Of a stretch of DNA of 64,000 bases, positions 1 through 10,290 are shown piece after piece (position 1 is the first letter of the stretch; every line of letters begins with the position of its first letter). The stretch lies in the IMG/VR virus record IMGVR_UViG_3300037722_000745, positions 192,001-256,000 of that record; one strand, written 5' to 3'. This DNA is from a virus. Lineage: Duplodnaviria > Caudoviricetes. The position numbers were made by a program, and so were the translations under genes. The notes under the pieces were generated by a model. The model had not been told where the DNA came from and did not search any database. It saw only the letters and a program-made list of their open reading frames with translations.

Positions 1-592
1 CTTCATACGTCTCCAATGAGATCCTAAGATCCCGAACGTCCTGCTCTCTGACTTTCCGTAGAGAAGCGGTGCTCTTTCGGTCCTTCTCGACCAAACGCAT
101 GGCGGTGTTGATTTGGTCCAGCTTAGCCACATCGGACAGGACGTCCGCTACCACAGTACCCGATTGATCCAAGATGAAAATTGGATGGAACTGGTCAGAT
201 ACTTGAAGGACCTCCTTGTTGGTGCCCAACTTAACCGGACCGAAGGCGCTCTCTAGGAACTCCGGAGTACCTCTACCGGCCACTGTGTACTCGGAGCCAT
301 TGAACACGTACCGATTGACAGAGTCCCCCTTCTCCCAAAGCAGATCAAAATCCTTGGCCTGGATGTGCACCGAACAGAAGCACTGACACGACTTGTTACC
401 CTTCAACGCTCGTGGGCAATCCTGCTTGTGTCTAACACAGGGATCCGCAGGAGGACCTGTCAACGCCGCCTTGATGGCCCTAACCACCGCACTCTTACCG
501 ATATTGGACTTCCCAACGACGGTAGAAAAACCATCGATCTCCACGACCTGATGGTCGATGGACTGGAAGTCTTTGATCTCTACACGGACCAT
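1..592 (-). CDS. SbcC/Rad50-like (gp46-like) ABC ATPase, N-terminal part, runs off window
   Basis: Manual translation from ATG at 592 (ATGA overlap with recA stop): MVRVEIKDFQSIDHQVVEIDGFSTVVGKSNIGKSAVVRAI, an SMC/Rad50-type Walker A. Confidence 0.8.
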   Translation of the reverse strand, partial: MVRVEIKDFQSIDHQVVEIDGFSTVVGKSNIGKSAVVRAIKAALTGPPADPCVRHKQDCPRALKGNKSCQCFCSVHIQAKDFDLLWEKGDSVNRYVFNGSEYTVAGRGTPEFLESAFGPVKLGTNKEVLQVSDQFHPIFILDQSGTVVADVLSDVAKLDQINTAMRLVEKDRKSTASLRKVREQDVRDLRISLETYE

Positions 593-1887
593 CAGGCTTC
601 CGAAGCGGCCTCACCACTGGAAGAAGCCTCATCTTCTCCCTCACTGAGGGCCTCCGTCACTTCATCTTCGAGTCCTTCTAGGTCATCATCCACACTGTCG
701 CCCTCGAGATCATATCCCTCCAACAACTCATCTTCCTCTTCCAACTCAATGGGCCCATCCACTGCGGAGGCGTTCACGGCTTGGACCAACTTGTCCCTCA
801 GAGCCGTGTAGATCTTGTGGTTCTCCACTAGAAAGGCACGAAATTTTTCCTTGCCTTGAAAGCGGTGTTCCCCGATAGAGTAATAAGCCCCCTCTTTCTT
901 GATCAACTTCTGGGCCACCCCTGTTTCAATCAGAGAGAAATGGTCGTCTATACCAGCTCCGTAGCGGATGAACACCTGCGCCGAATGCCCTTGCTTGGCA
1001 TCGATCTTAGACTTGACGACCTTGACGTCCGTCACATTCCCGTAAGGGAAGCGGCGCTTCCTGCCCGTCATCGGATCCTTGCGCTCGATGAACTCGGACT
1101 TGATGCGCTGCATCCGCAGCCGCAGGTAGGCGTAGAACTTCAGCGCCTTGCCGCCACTCGTGGTTTCGTTGTCACGCCCCGAACCTCCGATAAGCGCTCG
1201 AGTCTGGTTGACGAACACTAAGGTCGTACCTGGATGCGTAGGGTCTGGCTTCTCCTTGTTGTTGGGGTCCTTCGGGAACTTGAGAAGCCACATGGCGAAC
1301 TTGGGCAGCGCTCTCGAAAATTGACGAGCGACACCGCCAATAGCCGCCTCATCATCGAAGCCCTTGTCCAGCTCCTTTTTGGGCACCATAGCCGCAACTG
1401 AGTCGACTCCTATGATGTCAAAGCCAGCTGCCACGCCAACGAACATCATCTTGAAACCCTCCTCCATAGAGTCAGGTTGGTAGACAAGGAGCTTGTCCTC
1501 CTCGTAAGAAAGACCCAACGCCTTAGCGTAGGAATGGTCCAACGCGTGTTCATAGTCGATGAACATCGCTGCACCGCCGGCCTTCTGAGCTTGCACCATG
1601 GCTGAGATCAGCATGGTTGTCTTACCACTCGACTCGGGCCCATAGACTTCGATGATGCGACGACGAGGGAAACCTGGACAGATAGGGTTCTTACCGTCTC
1701 TCGACAAACTACCCCCGATCAGCATGTCCGTAGAAAACGATCCCGTCGACACAAAGGGAATCGTTGTAGCAGTAGGCTCCAGAGGCTTCTGTTTTGTGGA
1801 TTTCTGGATCGCAGATCGTGCCTTGGCGACCATTGCAGCTCGCGCTTCAGCTACGGGATTAACCGGTTCCTTCTTACGTGGTGGCAT
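592..1887 (-). CDS. recA: Recombinase A
   Basis: RIIEVYGPESSGKTT, DYEHALD, DSVAAMVP, GGKALKFYA, KVVKSK motifs. Confidence 0.95.
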   Translation of the reverse strand: MPPRKKEPVNPVAEARAAMVAKARSAIQKSTKQKPLEPTATTIPFVSTGSFSTDMLIGGSLSRDGKNPICPGFPRRRIIEVYGPESSGKTTMLISAMVQAQKAGGAAMFIDYEHALDHSYAKALGLSYEEDKLLVYQPDSMEEGFKMMFVGVAAGFDIIGVDSVAAMVPKKELDKGFDDEAAIGGVARQFSRALPKFAMWLLKFPKDPNNKEKPDPTHPGTTLVFVNQTRALIGGSGRDNETTSGGKALKFYAYLRLRMQRIKSEFIERKDPMTGRKRRFPYGNVTDVKVVKSKIDAKQGHSAQVFIRYGAGIDDHFSLIETGVAQKLIKKEGAYYSIGEHRFQGKEKFRAFLVENHKIYTALRDKLVQAVNASAVDGPIELEEEDELLEGYDLEGDSVDDDLEGLEDEVTEALSEGEDEASSSGEAASEA

Positions 1888-2545
1888 GTCTCAACGCCTC
1901 ATGTCTGGGGAGAATTGAAAAGCGGAAGAACCGCTGGTTTTCCTTGAAAATAGCTCCTCTGTAGACGGTCTGACCCGACCTCTTGCCTTTCGTGAAGGTG
2001 TGGATCTTGGCGAAAGCTCGAAGCTCCGCAGGAGTCAAATCTGCTTCAGTCAGCTCCCCACGAAGGAACATCCAAAAACGAGCGGTGAACTTAGCGACGT
2101 GGTACCCATCAGCCTCGTCAGAACTCCACTTAGCGATCCCGGTCTCCGCCTTGGCTGCGGAAATCATGTCCGACTTGAACATCTTGCCTTTGCGGAGCTT
2201 GGGATCCTCTTTGACCATCATCTTGACCGTGCTCGGATCGAAGTACACCACGTCCTTGCGGCGGCTCCAGAGAGCTTCGTTGACCACCAGAAACAAGGCG
2301 TAGAGTCCTTCACTGAACAGTTCTCCATACGGCGGGGATTCGACCCCCACAGCCTCGATGAGCGGGTAGTGGTCCAACAACTCCACGAGCCACTGTCGGA
2401 GCAAAACGTAGCGCTCCACCCAAATCGTCTTGGAGGTCGTGGACCACCGCCCTCGAGCAACAACACGAGCGTGGTCCACGACCGACGAATTGTGAATCAG
2501 CCAGCCAAAACCTGTGAGAGAAGGATCCAGTCCTAGCGTGAACAC
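1874..2545 (-). CDS. RuvC-like Holliday junction resolvase
   Basis: TLGLDPSLTGFGW, VGVESPP, late SSDEADG acidic motif; start re-placed at GTG 2545 because the ORF-track extension runs through a CRISPR repeat. Confidence 0.8.
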   Translation of the reverse strand: MFTLGLDPSLTGFGWLIHNSSVVDHARVVARGRWSTTSKTIWVERYVLLRQWLVELLDHYPLIEAVGVESPPYGELFSEGLYALFLVVNEALWSRRKDVVYFDPSTVKMMVKEDPKLRKGKMFKSDMISAAKAETGIAKWSSDEADGYHVAKFTARFWMFLRGELTEADLTPAELRAFAKIHTFTKGKRSGQTVYRGAIFKENQRFFRFSILPRHEALRHATT

Positions 2546-2553
2546 AGTTGAGC

Positions 2554-2659
2554 GTCTCGCCGCAGCGAGCAATCAGGATCGATTCCCAGAGGGCGTCAGC
2601 GAGACGCAACTCGGGTCTTCTGGGTCTCGCCTCAGCGAGCAATCAGGATCGGTTGCCAA
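2554..2659 (-). CRISPR. Cas12j-family mini-array: 2 repeats, 1 spacer (34 nt)
   Basis: Repeats at 2554-2589 (2 mismatches to the 25.7-kb array repeat) and 2624-2659 (loop variant CTGAGG, degenerate 5' end). Confidence 0.9.
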
Positions 2660-2670
2660 CACTGTTTGGC

Positions 2671-3558
2671 TCACACCTGATCCAGCAGGTCGTGCAAGTT
2701 GTCCGCCGAGACGTCCTCTGCCGCAGATCCGCCAAGACCCAATTTGGCCTTGAGTTGGTCGGTGGTCACCTCCCGGAACGGAATCAGCTTGTCGTACAGG
2801 TTGATAGCCTGTCGGAGGACGGCTTGCCTGAGCTGGTCGTTCTTGAGCCAGACCGCAGGCCCGGTAAAACTCACGCTGATGTTCTGGTATTGAGGCTCTT
2901 TGCACTCCAGCTTGATGTCTTGAGAAGCCAGAGCCATGCCGTTTTCACGAAGACTGTCGTTGACCTTCCAGATGTCTTCGTAAATCCGGTTGCTGAAGCG
3001 CCACGGAAGTATGTCGAGCTTGCCCTTTTTGATCTGATCAGCGAGGGCTTCCTTGTTGATGATCTTGCCCTCGCTATCCGTCGGATAGATCAGCAACAAC
3101 GTGGTGAAGTAGGTCTTCACCTCAGGCAGCCTCTTCCAGACAGCGTCGGCCTCCGCCCCGTCTTTCCCCAACCGAGACAGCACAAACCCTAGCCCCTCCT
3201 GGTAGTGCGCCTTCATGACCTTGAAATGCGCCGTGCCGATATCGAGCTTCTCAATGCCAGTCAGCTCGTCAACGCTCTTGTCCAGGCTCTCCGCCTGCTT
3301 CTTAAGAGCGGTCGAGGCCACCTGCTTGATCTCCTCTCGGCTCAGCTTCTGATCTTTCTTCTTCGCTTCTTTGACAGCTTGGCGAACGGTATTCGCGTCT
3401 ACCGTGTGGAAATAGACAAACGCGCACCGAATCGTCTGGCCTTTTTTCGTCAGCTTAAGCCAATCGTTCGACTGTCCTCCGACGTTCTTCTCGTCGGGGG
3501 CAAGAGAAACTTCACCCTCAAAGTCATACTCTTCTGGAATATCGATATTATCACTCAT
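2671..3558 (-). CDS. Putative phage ssDNA-binding protein (gp32-like)
   Basis: About 295 aa, acidic C-terminal tail, sits in the recombination cluster; family assignment is inference. Confidence 0.5.
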   Translation of the reverse strand: MSDNIDIPEEYDFEGEVSLAPDEKNVGGQSNDWLKLTKKGQTIRCAFVYFHTVDANTVRQAVKEAKKKDQKLSREEIKQVASTALKKQAESLDKSVDELTGIEKLDIGTAHFKVMKAHYQEGLGFVLSRLGKDGAEADAVWKRLPEVKTYFTTLLLIYPTDSEGKIINKEALADQIKKGKLDILPWRFSNRIYEDIWKVNDSLRENGMALASQDIKLECKEPQYQNISVSFTGPAVWLKNDQLRQAVLRQAINLYDKLIPFREVTTDQLKAKLGLGGSAAEDVSADNLHDLLDQV

Positions 3559-3663
3559 CTTATGCCTCAATGTTTGGTCGCCCCAACCACTGAGTCCGTT
3601 AGACAAGGAGGTTGAGATACGACGTATCAGGTGACAGGCTCAGGCCGACATTGCCAGGTGGTT

Positions 3664-3699
3664 GTCCCACTCTTAATGGAGGTGGGCTTCCGTTGCGAC
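3664..3699 (-). repeat. Solitary full-length family-2 CRISPR repeat
   Basis: gtcccactcttaatggaggtgggcttccgttgcgac, near-identical to the 51755-52009 array repeats; intergenic. Confidence 0.92.
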
Positions 3700-3774
3700 T
3701 CGTTGAGGAAAGCCAAAGGGCGGGTCTCCCCAAGCCTGTCAAAGACCCGCTACACCAGCGCAACAAGAAAATAG

Positions 3775-4623
3775 TCAGATGTCGTCCAATATCGAGAGAT
3801 CTAGATCCTCCAATATGGCGGCGTTTGACTCACCCACTACCCCTTGTGGTGGAACACCCTCAAACTCGTCCGTAGACTCTAGAAAACGTCGAACATCAGC
3901 TTCGGTCAACTTCGCCCTTTCTCTCTCGGTACCAGAAGATTTAGGGGTCTCTTTCTCGTCCGCACCTTTCTCGTCCCCAACATCAGATTCCTCAGATCCT
4001 GGTTGTTCAGACGTAGTCTCAACAGGTTCGGGCAGCTCATCATCCAACATCGACGCAAGGTCATCCGCGTTGAAATCATCGTCCAAACCCAAACCACCAC
4101 CGGGATCTCTGGGAGAACGCTGGCTCCTAGGAACGCGCTCATCACCGTAGAAAGCACCGGTTGAGATTTCAGTCTGCATGAGACGCCGCTGGTCCTTAAT
4201 CGAGGTCATCGTAGAATGCAGCTCTCGATTTCTATAGGTCACAGCTTTGAGTACAGCGTCGAGCATGTGCATCTGATCTTTGAGTTCGTTGATCCGAAGT
4301 CTCTGATCACGTAGAAAGAAACCCGCAGTTGACTTGCGATCCTCGATATTGGAAAGCGCTCGAACACGGTCGTCATTCGCCAACAGGTTGTCGTACTCAA
4401 GGGCGTATACCGCCTCCAACCGCCGCAGCTCCCCGCCAACCTTCATCTTGTCGCGATTCAATTCGGAAAGGACGAAACCGACCTTGTTGAGATAGTTCCG
4501 ACAGGTTGCAATGATGTCCTGGAAGTAGTTGGGACCCAGGCTGCCAGGGTCATTCGCTAGCTCCAGCGTGTAGGTGTCCATCTCAGCGAAGATGGCGTCC
4601 GCCCGTTCCTCGGTCAGGTCCAT
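3775..4623 (-). CDS. Hypothetical coiled-coil protein with acidic tail
   Basis: 282-aa ORF co-oriented with neighbours. Confidence 0.7.
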   Translation of the reverse strand: MDLTEERADAIFAEMDTYTLELANDPGSLGPNYFQDIIATCRNYLNKVGFVLSELNRDKMKVGGELRRLEAVYALEYDNLLANDDRVRALSNIEDRKSTAGFFLRDQRLRINELKDQMHMLDAVLKAVTYRNRELHSTMTSIKDQRRLMQTEISTGAFYGDERVPRSQRSPRDPGGGLGLDDDFNADDLASMLDDELPEPVETTSEQPGSEESDVGDEKGADEKETPKSSGTERERAKLTEADVRRFLESTDEFEGVPPQGVVGESNAAILEDLDLSILDDI

Positions 4624-4681
4624 AGCTGTCGCCTACACCGCGGCCCGGGTGTGGTAAAGCTTCCATGCCACCTCTCTGGAT

Positions 4682-5305
4682 GTGGAGCTATCTGCCGAGA
4701 GGGTCGCAGCCCGTTACCAGCGTGCGAGCACCGACGTCGTACTGGACCGTTGGGTCGACCTATTCCTCACGGAGTTCGGGCAGGGGACGAAAATCACGGA
4801 GAAGTCCGTAGAAAGGCTCCTCCAGACCCAAGGCATATCAGCAGACGATCTAGAGCTGCTCGATGGCAACAAACAAGCCGGCGAACGTCTGCGTGCTCTT
4901 GGAGGTTGGGTTAGACGCGGCCTTTGGTACCTACTCGTTAGGCCGTTTCTGCTGATCAACAAACTCGTCCGGTCCTCAGCCTTCCGGAACGAGGTCAAAG
5001 CCGCCTTCCACCGGGAGCTGAACCGAGAAGCTCGTTCCACTCGGCACCTGATCAATGTCGCCGGGCGCCTTGCTCGGGGAGAGGCTGTCAGCCCTCATGA
5101 ACGCAAAGCCGCGTTGAAACAACTAGGCAGCCTCATGAGCAAAGCCATCCTCATCACGCTGATCAGTTCCAGCGGGGGTCCTCTCTCGAGTGGGGTGTGG
5201 GCCCCGCTTCGAGCGCTTATGGGGCCGCTGGAGGAGATCTACCTCATCCTGCTTAACCGTCCGCTCCAAGCTACCGTCAAGAAACTGCTAACGGTCCCGA
5301 TCTGA
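4682..5305 (+). CDS. Hypothetical protein
   Basis: 207-aa ORF with N-terminal AERVAARY motif. Confidence 0.65.
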   Translation: MELSAERVAARYQRASTDVVLDRWVDLFLTEFGQGTKITEKSVERLLQTQGISADDLELLDGNKQAGERLRALGGWVRRGLWYLLVRPFLLINKLVRSSAFRNEVKAAFHRELNREARSTRHLINVAGRLARGEAVSPHERKAALKQLGSLMSKAILITLISSSGGPLSSGVWAPLRALMGPLEEIYLILLNRPLQATVKKLLTVPI

Positions 5306-5860
5306 CTTCGCTAGCAAATCCTCCGTGGAAGGCCGCTGAGCTGTTGGGTCCACACCGCACACTGCAGCCAACGACCGAATCCAACGGCTAGCCCGATCTT
5401 GGTCGGAAACGGAGAGCGACTCGAACTTAGGTTCAGGTTGGACTCCCTCCACGTAGTCAAGGTATGCCAAACGAAATTCGTCCAACGTCACCAGAATCCC
5501 CAAATGCCTAAACAGAGCCGTATTGTACTCACGGAATGAACAGTGCGGTTTCAACAGGACTGCAGGATAGACCCAGTCGACCGCAGCCCCTTCCATTGGC
5601 CGAGGTGTCCCCTCGTACTCCGCCACCTGGAAAGTCACCACTTCCCGGCCAGCGAGACATGGATGGCAGAACACGCGATGCATCTTGAGGGCTTCTACAC
5701 CGATCTCCTCACGAGTCTCCCGGAGAGCCGCTTCCACGAAAGTCTCCCCAGGCTCCACGCTGCCGCCCGGCAAGCCGAAATCTAAGTGATCATCTTTGCG
5801 TGAGACCGACAAGACTTTCCCAGAATGGTAGAAAAGAATGGCTACGCCCCTGCTCGGCAT
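5288..5860 (-). CDS. Nudix hydrolase
   Basis: Nudix box GGSVEPGETFVEAALRETREEIG. Confidence 0.9.
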   Translation of the reverse strand: MPSRGVAILFYHSGKVLSVSRKDDHLDFGLPGGSVEPGETFVEAALRETREEIGVEALKMHRVFCHPCLAGREVVTFQVAEYEGTPRPMEGAAVDWVYPAVLLKPHCSFREYNTALFRHLGILVTLDEFRLAYLDYVEGVQPEPKFESLSVSDQDRASRWIRSLAAVCGVDPTAQRPSTEDLLAKSDRDR

Positions 5861-8031
5861 GAGACTAGATCCCTGAGAATAGAATTGCGATGTACAACCT
5901 TGTCATTTGACACGGCCTTGAATACTGCCTCAACCTCACCCAGGATCCAAACCTTTCGGCGGGCCCGTGTGATAGCTGTGTAGAACAAATTCCGTTGTAA
6001 CATACTTCTCTGAGTCTTCACCAGTGGCATGATCACAGTGTCGAACTCTTCCCCCTGACACCGGTGAACTGTCACTGCGTAAGCCAGCTTGAGCATGTGC
6101 TCAGCGTCTGTCTTAGGGATCTCCACCTCCATATCAGGGACCCCCCCAACGCCATGAATCCGCAAAATCAGGTTCTCCGCCGTGATCCCAACAAGCTTCC
6201 CGATATCTCCGTTGTAGACGTTCAAATTGTAGTTGTTCTTGATCACCATCAGGCGATCGCCAATCCTCGTCACAAACTCCGGCAAGGCCCATGTGGGCTG
6301 CCCCAGATCTGGATTGAGTTCGTCTCGCAGCCTGGCATTTAGGTAGTTGACTCCTACAACCCCCTCGTATTTCGGCGACACGACCTGAAAGTTCTCGTCA
6401 CGGCTTTTGAGTTTGGCAGCCAACTGAACGACGAAATCCACAATCAGATCCTCGTCCGACGTAGCCAAGAAACGGAATTCGGAATCCTCTTTCTCCGGTA
6501 TGTCCAAAGGGGACATACCACGTCGCACCCGATGAGCTGCCAGCACGATGTCACTCGTCTCAGCTTGACGAAACACGTGCTCCAATCGTATGTGTGGGAC
6601 CGCTTCACAGGCCAGCAGTTCTCGAAGCACGTTACCAGGACCAACCGAGGGCAGCTGCGCATCGTCTCCGACCATGATCACGATGGTAGTCGGTGGTGTG
6701 GCATCGAGAAGCCGGTAGAACAACTCCTGGTCGACCATCGAAAACTCGTCAATGATGAGTGCCTGTGTCTCCAGTAGACAGTCCCGATTGTGTCCCCAAG
6801 CGAACCCATCGTACCGCAGTGCTCGGTGAATGGTTTGCGCTCCAACTCCAGTCACCGAAGTGAGCCGCTTTGCCGCAATCCCAGTCGGGGCCATCAGCAT
6901 ATGTTGGACATTCAACTGCCTAAAGAGCTGCACAAAAGAACGAACCAACGTCGTCTTACCCGTCCCCGGGGCCCCGGTAACTACCAACACTCGAGTCATA
7001 AGGATCTGCTCGACCGCTCTTCGCTGCTCCTTCGACAACTCGATGTTGTTGAACATTTCGTAATTGGACAGGAAAGCACCGAGATCTACTTGCAGCTCAG
7101 AAGGTGCCAAGAGTTGAGATAGCTTCTCGGCCGCCCCACGTTCGTACAGATACGTGCTAGGGAAGTACACCCCGACGCCAGCGTCCACCTTGACTGATCC
7201 CGCATCAGCCAGTGATGCCAGAACTTTGGAGACTTCCGAATCCAGATCAGGGCACGAGAAAGGAGCGACGTGTGAATACGACGCCACTTTCAACATCAGC
7301 CCGCTCACAGCTCCACGCTGGACATAGAGATGTCCCTGCTGAATCTGTTCCCGGAGAGTCCACAGCACACCCCCAACAACTCGACGGGGGTCATCAGGAC
7401 CGATTCCTTTCGCCACCGCTATCTTGTCCGCTCGATAGAACGAGAACCCTTCGATCTCCATCAAACGGTAAGGGTTCTCTGCAAGGACCTCGACAGCCTT
7501 CGCCCCAAAGCACTGGTAGACACTCGCTACCATTGAAGCCCCCAGCTCATACTCCTGCAGGAAATCCGAAAGAGTAGCCACCCCTCGGAGATCCAACCAC
7601 TCCTTCGAAACCCTCCGCAGCTCCCTACGCTCATCCTCGCTAGCAGCAACCTCTACGAGCCGATCAACCTCCCCGAGAGCGTCATACGATTGGGTGCCGA
7701 ACTCCCTCACAACGCGACGAAGAAGCCCGAAGTCGCCTCCAAAGATCGAAACACAGTTTGTCAGGAAGTACCTGACGTCACTCGCATTGCGACCCCACGG
7801 ACGCCACAACGTAGATCTGAATTGCAAACCGTATTTAGGGTGCCTAACCCACCCCCCTTCAAACTCAAGGACCGCCCCTGACACGAGCGTGGACACGCCA
7901 AAAAAGTGGCCTGTTACCTTCGTCTCCCTGACATTAGAGCGATCCTCGCATTCGTACACCCTGACCACGAGGATGTGAAACGTCTCGCTGGTGTGGACTA
8001 CCCGCTCGACCCGTCCGCGGAGACAACTCAC
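5842..8031 (-). CDS. recD2: RecD2-like SF1B helicase
   Basis: HhH-type N-terminus, TGAPGTGKTT, IIDEFSMVD, VGDDAQLPSVGPG, LAYAVTVHRCQGEEF. Confidence 0.92.
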   Translation of the reverse strand: MSCLRGRVERVVHTSETFHILVVRVYECEDRSNVRETKVTGHFFGVSTLVSGAVLEFEGGWVRHPKYGLQFRSTLWRPWGRNASDVRYFLTNCVSIFGGDFGLLRRVVREFGTQSYDALGEVDRLVEVAASEDERRELRRVSKEWLDLRGVATLSDFLQEYELGASMVASVYQCFGAKAVEVLAENPYRLMEIEGFSFYRADKIAVAKGIGPDDPRRVVGGVLWTLREQIQQGHLYVQRGAVSGLMLKVASYSHVAPFSCPDLDSEVSKVLASLADAGSVKVDAGVGVYFPSTYLYERGAAEKLSQLLAPSELQVDLGAFLSNYEMFNNIELSKEQRRAVEQILMTRVLVVTGAPGTGKTTLVRSFVQLFRQLNVQHMLMAPTGIAAKRLTSVTGVGAQTIHRALRYDGFAWGHNRDCLLETQALIIDEFSMVDQELFYRLLDATPPTTIVIMVGDDAQLPSVGPGNVLRELLACEAVPHIRLEHVFRQAETSDIVLAAHRVRRGMSPLDIPEKEDSEFRFLATSDEDLIVDFVVQLAAKLKSRDENFQVVSPKYEGVVGVNYLNARLRDELNPDLGQPTWALPEFVTRIGDRLMVIKNNYNLNVYNGDIGKLVGITAENLILRIHGVGGVPDMEVEIPKTDAEHMLKLAYAVTVHRCQGEEFDTVIMPLVKTQRSMLQRNLFYTAITRARRKVWILGEVEAVFKAVSNDKVVHRNSILRDLVSCRAGA

Positions 8032-9959
8032 TGGGAGCCGACGAGCGTTAGGAACGAATCTTCAGACAAGCACGTAGTGCCGTTCTTGCGTGCCGCTTTG
8101 GCTTTTGTGCTGCTCGAATTAGGATCAGCCATGACCAAGTAGGTAAGCGTCCGAGTCACCGACTTCTTCACTTCGCCCCCAGCCTGCACGACTAAAGCCT
8201 CCAGATCCTTCCGAGATTGGCTAAGCGACCCCGTGAAGCAGACACTCTTGCCCGAAAGACTGCCATAGACCTTGGGCTCGATCTCAACGCCCGACTCTAG
8301 CAGTCGATCCACCAAGCCCCGATGGGCTTGGAGCCACCTCCAAAGGGCGCTTGCCTTAACCGGTCCTAAACCACCCACCGCGGAGAGCTGCTCAACATCA
8401 GCCCCACACAACCGATCCAAAGTATCGAATCCAGCACAAGTGGCCATCTTGATGGTGCTCTCGCCACACAATGGGATGGACAGCGATCCCAACAGCGTCT
8501 CCAAGGGCACCCTGCATCGGCCCCAGAGGGTCTCCAGGACTTTCTTTGCGGACCTGGCTCCCATCCGGTCAACCTGGGCAAGCTGCCCCTCTGTGAGCCC
8601 GTAGAGGTCCGCCACGTCCTTGATGAGCCCCAAGGACACCAAACGCTCGATGAGAGTCTCACCCCATTCTTTCAGACCCATACCCGAGACGTAACGCTTG
8701 ATCCGGCCTACGGCCTGCGCCGGACAATCCGACGTGTTAGGGCAAACTAGGTACTCCCCCTCCATCTGAGTCGGTTCCTTGCACGTAGGGCACAACGCCG
8801 GAGGTTCAGCGACGGTCCCAGTCCCCCTCAATACCGAAGCAACCCGAGGAATCACATCCTGCGCACGAGCGATCAGAACCGTAGCCCCCACATCTACCCC
8901 AAGCGTCCGAATGTAAGCCACGTTGTAGAGGCTCGCATTTGTAATCTCTGCGCCTACAAGACGCACAGGATTGAAAACTGCGACAGGCGTGATCCGCCCC
9001 GAACCACCTACCTGCCAATCTATTCGCTGCAGGATCGACTCTCGCGTCATCGGCGCGAATTTGAACGCCACCGCACCCTTAGGGCGGCCATCAACCTCGC
9101 CGAGGGACAACTGCGTAGCAAGGTCGTTGATCCGAACGACCAAACCATCGATCTCGTAGTCCAATTCCTCCCGCTTGAACTGTTGGTACTCCAACCACAG
9201 ATCCTGTGGGGTTCGAACACCCGGCACCATCGCTGTCACGTACCAATTAGGCACCAACAAGCCTTGGCTTTCGAGCCAGGCGAATTGCTCCCCCTCGGTC
9301 CCAAAGTCCGGCCCCTCCGCAACCTGGTAGAACATGATGGTTAGCAGCTCACAACCGGTTCCGTCATACCGCTTGGCAATTCCGCTGGCGGCATTCCGAG
9401 GATTTGCGTATCCCGGGAAATGCGTGGCATGGTCACTCTTTTTGAGTATCACTTCCCCGCGCAACGTGATCGTGGACCGGACGGAGAGCCGCCCTGGAAC
9501 TCCCTTCATCTTGGCCACGTTCACTGAGATGTCTTCGCCCGTAGTCCCGTCCCCTCGGGTCAAAGCTCGGGAGAAAACCCCCTTCACATACTCAACCGCA
9601 ATCGAAATCCCATCAAGCTTCTCGGTCACTAAGAGGGGTGCAGACTTAGCCTCTCCCGTCCCCATAATCCACGCCGTCAACTCCTCGAGAGTGTTGACCT
9701 TACTTAGGGACCCCATGGGAATGCTGTGTTCAGACTTCGTCCACGCCGACACTGGAGGGGCACCAATCGCTGTCACCGCAGGGTTATCCCCTTGAAGCGC
9801 CGACAACTCGTCTACCCACGCATCGTAGACTTCGTCTGAAACCGCGTTGGCACCGTTACCGCCGTTGTTGTAGTAATCGTGACGAGCCCGCTTGATCCGA
9901 TCTTCCAGATCTAGCCGGCGCAATACAGTGTTCGGATCGGGGTCGGTATCCATGGCCAT
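8028..9959 (-). CDS. ligA: NAD-dependent DNA ligase
   Basis: EKLDG, RGDGTTGED, RGEV, DGLVVR, AFKF, Zn finger, C-terminal BRCT. Confidence 0.95.
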   Translation of the reverse strand: MAMDTDPDPNTVLRRLDLEDRIKRARHDYYNNGGNGANAVSDEVYDAWVDELSALQGDNPAVTAIGAPPVSAWTKSEHSIPMGSLSKVNTLEELTAWIMGTGEAKSAPLLVTEKLDGISIAVEYVKGVFSRALTRGDGTTGEDISVNVAKMKGVPGRLSVRSTITLRGEVILKKSDHATHFPGYANPRNAASGIAKRYDGTGCELLTIMFYQVAEGPDFGTEGEQFAWLESQGLLVPNWYVTAMVPGVRTPQDLWLEYQQFKREELDYEIDGLVVRINDLATQLSLGEVDGRPKGAVAFKFAPMTRESILQRIDWQVGGSGRITPVAVFNPVRLVGAEITNASLYNVAYIRTLGVDVGATVLIARAQDVIPRVASVLRGTGTVAEPPALCPTCKEPTQMEGEYLVCPNTSDCPAQAVGRIKRYVSGMGLKEWGETLIERLVSLGLIKDVADLYGLTEGQLAQVDRMGARSAKKVLETLWGRCRVPLETLLGSLSIPLCGESTIKMATCAGFDTLDRLCGADVEQLSAVGGLGPVKASALWRWLQAHRGLVDRLLESGVEIEPKVYGSLSGKSVCFTGSLSQSRKDLEALVVQAGGEVKKSVTRTLTYLVMADPNSSSTKAKAARKNGTTCLSEDSFLTLVGSQ

Positions 9960-10288
9960 GGATTACACCAAGTCTCACCGTAAATCACATCACGGAAGTG
10001 AGCACCAGGGTGGACGCTACCACTGGCAGAGCGCACACCTATCTGCTGGCCGAGGCAGGGACGAGACACATCATCTTGCCGGTAGTTCCCCGCGTAGTAC
10101 TCCATGGGGGCGACGGCCTTGAACAATTCCTCGTGCCACTTCCTCGGTGCCTGCGAGTCCGGAATGGCGACTCTTGCGTCGTGGAATGCGGCGGCTGTAA
10201 CCCGTCGTGCAACACTCTCGAAGGCAGATGATTTTCGCTCCGTGAAGTCGTCAGCCCACTCCGGACACTGAAGCGCTGGGGAAGGCAT
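9911..10288 (-). CDS. Hypothetical protein, possible Fic-like N-terminal fragment
   Basis: AGNYRQ..V segment; no Fic catalytic motif seen. Confidence 0.3.
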   Translation of the reverse strand: MPSPALQCPEWADDFTERKSSAFESVARRVTAAAFHDARVAIPDSQAPRKWHEELFKAVAPMEYYAGNYRQDDVSRPCLGQQIGVRSASGSVHPGAHFRDVIYGETWCNPWPWIPTPIRTLYCAG

Positions 10289-10290
10289 TC

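Noticed and set aside
2546-2572. ORF-track N-terminal extension of RuvC (MLAAARRST)
   Set aside because: Translated CRISPR repeat; GTG at 2545 is the more plausible start.
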